A stretch of DNA of 34,842 nucleotides. Source: Bdellovibrionales bacterium (lineage in GTDB: Bacteria; Bdellovibrionota; Bdellovibrionia; Bdellovibrionales; JAMPXM01). Position numbers and translations under genes: made by a program. The DNA lies in assembly GCA_043739185.1 (NCBI GenBank), contig JAYUEN010000372.1, forward strand, positions 1-34,842. The letters run 5' to 3'. A model generated the notes under the pieces. That model was not told the DNA's origin. It saw only the letters and a program-made list of their open reading frames with translations, and did not search any database. This document shows, piece by piece, positions 28,555 to 34,842 of the stretch (positions are counted from its first letter, which is position 1; the number at the start of each line of letters is the position of its first letter).

Positions 28555-30666
28555 ATGCTAGAGCAAACAATTTGGCACCCAATATCCAGTTCAAAAATAT
28601 TTAGAAGTTGGCCTGAAATTTTTGATTTGGACCATCCCAAATGGAGCTATATTGACTTCTTTAAATATGAAGCCATTTTAGTTCGCCGAGAACATTGCCA
28701 GGGATTTTCATATGAGCAAATCATCTTATTGAAGTCACTATTGACTGCAAAAAGTATTCGTTTGATTTTACAAATTGAAAGTGCAGACCTTCGAGACTTG
28801 GTACTTTTAAAGAAAATTGTATCCTTAGAGCTAGCGATTAATATTAGATTTAATTTAGCGTCAGAGTTGCTACTTGACGTTGGCAACTTAAACGTTGCTT
28901 GGTTCACATTGCAGTTAACTGCAATGACAAACTTGAATGTTATGAAAGTCATTGATTTTGAATCCAATGGTGTCCCAATTTTTGTCGAAATTTCAAGGGA
29001 AGGAGCGTTGCCGCCGTCGAGCCATTCAATTGAAATCGCAAAAGCACAATATCAATTCTTTGAAAATAATGGCAATTTGCCACATCTATTTTCATTAGAA
29101 GAAGTCTTGCACGTTGAGCAAGAGTCTTTTTATTGGAAGAATCACAGTCTGATTGAATATAAGTATTTCGATGCTAAACCCGACTTGTCGATCATCATTC
29201 CGAGTCATAATCGAGCAAAGTATTTGATGCCTGTGCTGGCGGCCATTCAGAGTCAGGTTGATTTCAACAGATGGTTTGAAGTTATCATTATTGATGATCG
29301 TAGCAATGACCAAACTGAAGAATCCATTAGAGAGTGGATCGGTCAGAATTCTCCAAAATTCAATTTTCGCTACTTTTACATAACAAGTGATCCACTTAGT
29401 AAAGAAAAATTGAATCGTGTCGGTGCCATTCGAAATTTTGGGGCAATGAATGCATCAGCTAATAATTTCTTGTTCATTGATTCCGACATTTTACTGCCTA
29501 AGACTTTTTTGAGCGAATTGTTTAAAATGGACTTTCGAAACAAAGTCATTCAGCCTTATCGCGCAGATTTGAACCACAAAGAAACTCAAGACTTGTTTGG
29601 GTTAAATGACTTTGGTGCGAAAGCGCTCAAACACCCAGGAGATTTCACAAGTGATGCTTCAAATTTTATGAAAAACCAATCTCCCGATGCTGATTTTGTA
29701 TCATGGGGAGCCTCATATTGTTGGTGCATGACAAAAGAAAGCTTTATTACAGTTGGCGGCTTTCGAAATTGCTTTGTCACTTATGGCTGGGAAGACCTGG
29801 ATTTGATTTTTAGACTTCTCTATTTGAAAATGTCATTTGTGCCGTCAAAACAAATTGTTTTTCACGCTTATACTCTGGATGACTCTTCTGAATATTCAGA
29901 AGGAGTCTTTCATAGAAGGCTGATGCTTGCAGAAGGAGCTGAGATCTTCTTTCGTAATACTTTGTCGCTGCGCGCTCTGAAGTGCATGGTTTTTGGTTTT
30001 TTTCGGGCCATAATAATTTTGCAAAAATACAGGCGATATATTGAGCCTAACTTTAAAAGTTCTTATTTAGACTCATTCAGTCTTGATCAGATAATGAACT
30101 TGGGACAGGTGATACTTCCGAGCGTTCGCTACCCTCAAGTTTTTTTTGAAACTGAAAGTCCAATGAAGTTTTTAGAATCGGTTTTTCCGATTGATTTCAC
30201 GTTTAAGAAGCTACTTATTCTGGGTGATGAATGTTGTACATTGCCAACAGAAATTCTTCTTAAAAAAGAGTGGGGATGTCAGGAAATTAGACGAGTCTTG
30301 AGCGATTCGAACAGCTATGAATCAGATAATTTTGTAAATTTTATTCATTTAGCTGGATGGAAATTTAAGTCAGGACGAATAAAAGACTTCAATGTTCACA
30401 ACTCTGCAATTAGTCTGATTTTGGTAAATGACAAGGGCGAGAGTGTCGAGTCGCAATTCGAGTTTGATTGTATATTGATTCAAAACATCGAACTCTTCGA
30501 AAAATTGAATGTAAACGCCTTTAAAAAGGGGACGCGACTTTTCTTTTTAATAAATATTGCGCAGTCGACGGGCTTTCGTAGGACTCTTGATAACTTTTCT
30601 CTTGGGCAAAAGAGATTTGAATACACAGATGAGCAGAACTTTGAGCTAATTCATCTAGAGATTTGA
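28555..30666 (+). CDS. Multidomain GT2 glycosyltransferase (N-terminal accessory domain, C-terminal methyltransferase-like remnant)
   Basis: LSIIIPSHN, DDRSND, FIDSD, YGWEDLD. C-terminal FDCIL...KKGTRLFF. Confidence 0.83.
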   Translation: MLEQTIWHPISSSKIFRSWPEIFDLDHPKWSYIDFFKYEAILVRREHCQGFSYEQIILLKSLLTAKSIRLILQIESADLRDLVLLKKIVSLELAINIRFNLASELLLDVGNLNVAWFTLQLTAMTNLNVMKVIDFESNGVPIFVEISREGALPPSSHSIEIAKAQYQFFENNGNLPHLFSLEEVLHVEQESFYWKNHSLIEYKYFDAKPDLSIIIPSHNRAKYLMPVLAAIQSQVDFNRWFEVIIIDDRSNDQTEESIREWIGQNSPKFNFRYFYITSDPLSKEKLNRVGAIRNFGAMNASANNFLFIDSDILLPKTFLSELFKMDFRNKVIQPYRADLNHKETQDLFGLNDFGAKALKHPGDFTSDASNFMKNQSPDADFVSWGASYCWCMTKESFITVGGFRNCFVTYGWEDLDLIFRLLYLKMSFVPSKQIVFHAYTLDDSSEYSEGVFHRRLMLAEGAEIFFRNTLSLRALKCMVFGFFRAIIILQKYRRYIEPNFKSSYLDSFSLDQIMNLGQVILPSVRYPQVFFETESPMKFLESVFPIDFTFKKLLILGDECCTLPTEILLKKEWGCQEIRRVLSDSNSYESDNFVNFIHLAGWKFKSGRIKDFNVHNSAISLILVNDKGESVESQFEFDCILIQNIELFEKLNVNAFKKGTRLFFLINIAQSTGFRRTLDNFSLGQKRFEYTDEQNFELIHLEI

Positions 30667-31506
30667 AATTCTCTTTAGGGTCTTTATTTTCTGCAGTAGA
30701 AGTTTTAACCTAGAAGACTCACCAACAAATGATTCAAAATAGATTTGAATAAATGGCGCAATACTTTGATCGTGGTCTTGCTCAGGCAACAAAGTTTTTT
30801 CTCGCGTTAGGACATCACCATTTTGCTTCTTTAAATGTCTAAAGCCTTCACCCTGACATCTTGCTTTGTAAATGAGGTCTTTTTTTGAAATTGAACTTAT
30901 ATGTTTAACCGCTTGGTCTGCAAAAAACATAAATTGATCTCCGCGTTTTGCGAGTCGATCCAGTAACTCATACTCAGTGCTTCCAAAAATCATTTGTTCG
31001 TCGAATTTGGCGGTCTGAAGTTTGGATTTTCTAAGGACGAGATTTCCTCCCATTAGGTGATCTGTGAAGTTTTGCTTTGAATAAATTCCTCCTCTTAGCC
31101 ATGCCGACTGAATCTGATGGTAAGCCCTGGTACAGACGTTCGCCTCACTCGAAAGGGTGTATGGGCCACCGCAAGCTGTGAGTTGAGGATACTTTGTCAT
31201 TTCATCCACATATTTTTTCAGAGTGAGTTCATTGTCTAGAATGCAGTCCGAATCCAAAAAGAATACTAGATCGGTTTTTGCTGCCTGAAGTCCAACATTT
31301 CTGGCTCGATTGGCACCTTTTTCAGAAGACAGTTTTCTTATTTTCAAATTTAGTGGAGGCAATATTGGCCATACCGATGTTTTAGGGTTTATGACCATCA
31401 GGACCTCTATTGAGAGATTTTTTTGTTTTTCCAAACTGGTTAGGCAGGCCATTAAATGAGTGTCGGTTGGCAAAAATGGTATGACAACCGATAGGTCAAT
31501 CTGCAT
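30655..31506 (-). CDS. GT2 glycosyltransferase
   Basis: LSVVIP, ARNVG, FLDSD, GGNL. Confidence 0.87.
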   Translation of the reverse strand: MQIDLSVVIPFLPTDTHLMACLTSLEKQKNLSIEVLMVINPKTSVWPILPPLNLKIRKLSSEKGANRARNVGLQAAKTDLVFFLDSDCILDNELTLKKYVDEMTKYPQLTACGGPYTLSSEANVCTRAYHQIQSAWLRGGIYSKQNFTDHLMGGNLVLRKSKLQTAKFDEQMIFGSTEYELLDRLAKRGDQFMFFADQAVKHISSISKKDLIYKARCQGEGFRHLKKQNGDVLTREKTLLPEQDHDQSIAPFIQIYFESFVGESSRLKLLLQKIKTLKRISNL

Positions 31507-32218
31507 ATGACTTGACTCTCTTTAGACGGCCAAAGTTGACGGCCAAAAAATACAAGTAAAGGATCCAATTCTTTTCTTTCAGATAGCGTTTAAAGTTTTC
31601 AATATTAGGATGTTTTAAAAAATTTATTGTCCTATTTGATAGATGGGACTCTAGATTTTTAAATGCAATCGTCGACATATCCATGTCTAAGAATTGTTTT
31701 TTTAAAATGAGAAACTGCTCATAAGCTTCTTCAATATCAAGGATTGTGGTAGAAAAGAATCGCTTTTGCGGCATGAAAAAGCTCAGCTTCTTAAAAAGTC
31801 GCAATCTAAATAGGGCCTCAAAGTTGATATCACTTGAGAATATAAATACAAGGTGAAGCCTTGCAATAAATTGTTCGATGAGTTCAAGCTCCCGCTGAGT
31901 CAAATCTCTATGGATCCACAATTGCACCGGGGATACTGTGGACTCAAGTAATTTTTGCAAGCTATCGATCTGGCTAAGACAAAGCTGAAACTGAATGTTT
32001 TTCTTCTGTGAAAGCGTAAGCTTTTGATAAACATCAAACTGCTCTGAATTCATAGAGTCGAAAGGAATCAAAATATTAATTTCGGGTTCCTTCGTTCGCC
32101 GCACCGCTATAGCAAGATTTTCTTCCAAAACTGGAAAGAGACCAAGTTTCCAAATCGGATTGTAATTGCATACAAACTCATTAAGGCTGACTAAGGTGTA
32201 TTCGTGTGCGGTTAACAT
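31496..32218 (-). CDS. Hypothetical protein resembling the N-terminal accessory domain of the fused GT2s
   Basis: Alternating beta/alpha pattern alignable by eye with 25388 aa ~50-175. Overlaps the start of GT2 30655..31506. Confidence 0.6.
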   Translation of the reverse strand: MLTAHEYTLVSLNEFVCNYNPIWKLGLFPVLEENLAIAVRRTKEPEINILIPFDSMNSEQFDVYQKLTLSQKKNIQFQLCLSQIDSLQKLLESTVSPVQLWIHRDLTQRELELIEQFIARLHLVFIFSSDINFEALFRLRLFKKLSFFMPQKRFFSTTILDIEEAYEQFLILKKQFLDMDMSTIAFKNLESHLSNRTINFLKHPNIENFKRYLKEKNWILYLYFLAVNFGRLKRVKSYAD

Positions 32219-32224
32219 AAGTAC

Positions 32225-32253
32225 ATCATATTAACGTGCAGTAAATTAGTCGA
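32225..32253 (-). promoter_or_regulatory. Sigma70-type promoter, probably giving a leaderless mRNA
   Basis: Minus strand TCGACT-17 nt-TATGAT, then 6 nt and ATG at 32218, with no SD. Confidence 0.45.
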
Positions 32254-32336
32254 GATCTTTCATGCCAGCTTTAGGATTGGATTCATGTTCATTATTGAGT
32301 CTCTGCGGTTGACATCATTTTTGTAGAGGATCAAGA

Positions 32337-33014
32337 TTGTCAAATATGGAAACTAGCGTCAGTTCGGCTCTAAGACTGGGTCTATTTATTAATGAAGTGA
32401 TCAAGACTAATCCAAATTTGAATTGGAGGAACGCTCTATCGAAAGAGCAGATTCGATCTAAGATTTGGCTTATAAATATGCTTCGAGAAAGTAAACTAAC
32501 CGATCTGGGGAATGTTATGATTTTAGGCGGCTGGATAGGGCTTCTTGGATATTTACTTCTTCATGACGAAGAATTGAATATAAATTACATTCGCAGCTTT
32601 GACGTTGATCCTGAGAGCATTCGAGCGGCGGATGATTTGAACTATGATCATCTGAAAAATAACTGGAAGTTTAAGTCCTGCTTCGCAAATTGGGATCTAA
32701 TCGACTACAATGAAACTATATATCATACCCATCGCTACACTGACAATCGAGATATAGATCTTACTAATCGCTTTGATACAATTATCAATACCTGTTGTGA
32801 GCATATGAGTTTATTTTCTGATTGGATTCAAAAAATTCCTGGAGATCGTCTGCTGATTTTACAGTCTAACTCTAATGCGGAGTTTGAAGGTCATACTAAT
32901 TGTAAGTCTTCTTTGAAAGAGTTTGTAAACAGTTGTCAGCTTTCACGAGTACTTTATTCGGGCGAGCTAGATCTTGGACTTTACAAACGCTGGATGATTT
33001 TTGGTTACAAATAG
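32337..33014 (+). CDS. Class I SAM-dependent methyltransferase-like protein
   Basis: VMILGGWIG (motif I), IRSFDVD (acidic end of beta2), DTIINTCCEH. Confidence 0.7.
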   Translation: MSNMETSVSSALRLGLFINEVIKTNPNLNWRNALSKEQIRSKIWLINMLRESKLTDLGNVMILGGWIGLLGYLLLHDEELNINYIRSFDVDPESIRAADDLNYDHLKNNWKFKSCFANWDLIDYNETIYHTHRYTDNRDIDLTNRFDTIINTCCEHMSLFSDWIQKIPGDRLLILQSNSNAEFEGHTNCKSSLKEFVNSCQLSRVLYSGELDLGLYKRWMIFGYK

Positions 33015-33082
33015 CTATCGCGAAAGTTCTAACTGATGGCAGTTGCCAAGATCTTACCTTGACTAATTGTGCAGGAGACATT

Positions 33083-34255
33083 TTGAAAAATACACTTTGC
33101 GTGATGCCATGGTCACATGTTTTCATTTCGAGCTCGAGCGAAGTTTATCCCTGCTGTATGAGCCAAGAGCTTTCGTCTCGCATTCGTTCCCCTAGTGGAA
33201 AACCACTTTTGGTTCAAGAGCCGCAAGATATTATTGAGGCATGGCATTCTGATCAAATGAAAGAAATTCGAAGGCAAATGATCAATGCTGAGCGGCCATT
33301 CGCTTGTCAAAATTGTTTTCAACAAGAGGATTTGGGGCAAACGAGCTACAGGGAGTCGATGAACCAGAGTTTTTCGGTCCTATATGAAGATTTGCTTGCG
33401 AAGGATGCTTCTGAGGCTCCTGATTTTAAACCTCTCAGTCTAGATTTGCGAATTTCAAACCTATGTAATTTGAAATGCCGTATGTGTGCGCCGTGGTCGA
33501 GTCGATTATTGAAAAAGGAGTGGGAATCTTTTTACCCGATGAAAAATGTCGAATCAGTTAGCGGGCTTAAGCAGCAGATTTTAGATTTTCTTTTGCAACA
33601 TTCTGGGGCCATTCAACACCTTCGATTGGCCGGTGGAGAGCCCTTCTTAATCAAAGAGCTATTTGTTTTTTTAGAATCTCTTGTGAAAAGTGGCGCATCT
33701 TCAAATATTGATCTAAGCATTAATAGCAATCTGACGGTTTTTCCTGAAAACTATAAAGAGATCTTCAAAAGTTTTCGTAATATTGTGTTGGCGGTTAGCT
33801 TGGATGGCTTTGGACCACTTAATAATTATATTCGATATCCGGCAAATTGGGATGAGATTGTTACAAATATCTCATCGGCCTTTACTTTTTCTCGTGAGGT
33901 AAAGCCTTTAGATATTCGAATTCAAACCACTGTTCAGATATACAATATTTTTAAACTGAATGAGCTCTATCGATTTCTCGACTCTGAGTTTGCTCTTCTT
34001 CCCCAGCTGAACTTTTTAAATTCTCCAGTACATTTGAGTATTCAGGCTTTACCAAATTCATTAAAAGACAAGGCGGCAAGAAGACTCGATGAAATTGAAG
34101 GCGAGTATCCTTTCAACAAAGACGTTTTGTCCATTCGAAAGTTTCTCTATGCTAAAAACGAAGCGCATCATTTTGAAGATTTTTGGCGCTGGACAGAACA
34201 TTTGGATCGCACTCGAAAGCAGAACTCATCTGAATTTTTGCCATTTGAGAAATAA
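33083..34255 (+). CDS. Radical SAM protein with N-terminal twitch/SPASM-like domain (close paralogue of 22948..24135)
   Basis: LCVMPW...YPCC...CQNC, CNLKCRMC, AGGEP, SLDG, YIRYP. TTG start at 33083 after AGGAGA (the track gives 32933). Confidence 0.88.
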   Translation: MKNTLCVMPWSHVFISSSSEVYPCCMSQELSSRIRSPSGKPLLVQEPQDIIEAWHSDQMKEIRRQMINAERPFACQNCFQQEDLGQTSYRESMNQSFSVLYEDLLAKDASEAPDFKPLSLDLRISNLCNLKCRMCAPWSSRLLKKEWESFYPMKNVESVSGLKQQILDFLLQHSGAIQHLRLAGGEPFLIKELFVFLESLVKSGASSNIDLSINSNLTVFPENYKEIFKSFRNIVLAVSLDGFGPLNNYIRYPANWDEIVTNISSAFTFSREVKPLDIRIQTTVQIYNIFKLNELYRFLDSEFALLPQLNFLNSPVHLSIQALPNSLKDKAARRLDEIEGEYPFNKDVLSIRKFLYAKNEAHHFEDFWRWTEHLDRTRKQNSSEFLPFEK

Positions 34256-34669
34256 TATCTACATATCATTGGATGAGTGCTCGTAAAAAGTTCCAAGGGC
34301 AAAGTCCCGATTTTACTGAGAGCTTGTTGGGGCGGGTGCCGCTGCGTGATCGTGGTTGGCGTAAAAACGCTTGGATTTGGTTTGCCAGATCTAAAAAAGA
34401 CTCGACATAGCATGAAGTATGCCTCGGCTTTTTTGATCTAAAAGACTCGTCAGCCAATTTATTCGCTCAAGCTCGCTACACGCGCCGCCTCCCGGCAGGC
34501 TCTAAGATATTAGTCTTATTAATAATCTTGCTGGAAGCTAGAGAAAATGCACCTTTTTTCTTAAAGCTTTCAATTTAATGCCTATCTCCAGGGGTGATCC
34601 AAAAGGATAAGTTTTGTGTTATCTGTGATATTATGGCAGGCTGAGTTGAATTTTTAAACAGGGAGTCGT

Positions 34670-34842
34670 GTGCGTAAGTTTTCAGATGAACCCAAGCTCA
34701 TTCAAGCAGGCATGGGCATCGCTATTTCAGATTGGCATCTCGCTCGGACAGTTTCGAAATTGGGTCATCTTGGAATAGTTTCGGGCACGGCCATTGATAG
34801 CGTTTTTGTCAGACGTTTACAAACCGGAGATCCAGGCGGCCA
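34670..34842 (+). CDS. Nitronate monooxygenase (2-nitropropane dioxygenase) family protein, 5' partial
   Basis: Not in the ORF track. Own translation from GTG 34670 after [62 protein letters not shown], with the family IQxGMG and VSGTA motifs. Confidence 0.85.
   Translation, partial: MRKFSDEPKLIQAGMGIAISDWHLARTVSKLGHLGIVSGTAIDSVFVRRLQTGDPGG

Noticed and set aside
1509..31506. LPS/O-antigen/capsule locus
   Set aside because: Four GT2s but no nucleotide-sugar enzymes and no wzx/wzy/wzm/wzt or GT4 genes.
1509..34255. Mycofactocin, PQQ, ranthipeptide or other classical RiPP cluster
   Set aside because: rSAM + GT2 + SDR is superficially similar, but no PqqD/RRE protein, peptidase, transporter or recognisable precursor was found.
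34280..34400. c-di-GMP-I riboswitch (GGCAAA/GCAAAG words)
   Set aside because: The required GAAA-tetraloop stem and motif order are absent on both strands.
1..34842. CRISPR array, tRNA, rRNA, prophage structural genes, and the remaining 60-120 aa ORFs nested in larger genes
   Set aside because: No spaced direct repeats, cloverleaf or phage structural motifs were seen. Nested ORFs are off-frame or antisense to well-supported CDSs.

Overview
AT-rich bacterial genomic window. The gene repertoire suggests Bdellovibrionota, but that is inference only. The left edge (1-522) is the 3' end of a group II intron (RT domain X, DV, DVI) apparently interrupted by an IS3-like element, followed by a YcxB-like gene and an LRR gene remnant. 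Positions ~1.5-34.3 kb form one dense island of tailoring enzymes. It holds 8 radical SAM genes (5 paralogues with an N-terminal twitch/SPASM-like Cys cluster, 1 B12-dependent, 1 MoaA-like, 1 broken by a single TAA), 5 AspH-like 2OG-Fe(II) hydroxylases and 4 GT2 glycosyltransferases, 3 of them fused or coupled to a degenerate radical-SAM-like domain. It also has an acyl desaturase, an SDR, a GNAT, a methyltransferase, an ASPIC/UnbV + UnbU(RnfD-like) + HTTM membrane operon and a second HTTM/SdpA-like pair. No PKS/NRPS/ACP, sugar-nucleotide synthesis gene, peptidase/exporter or obvious RiPP precursor is visible, so the substrate is unknown. The right edge is the start of a nitronate monooxygenase family gene. 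All family calls come from motifs read by eye, not database searches.
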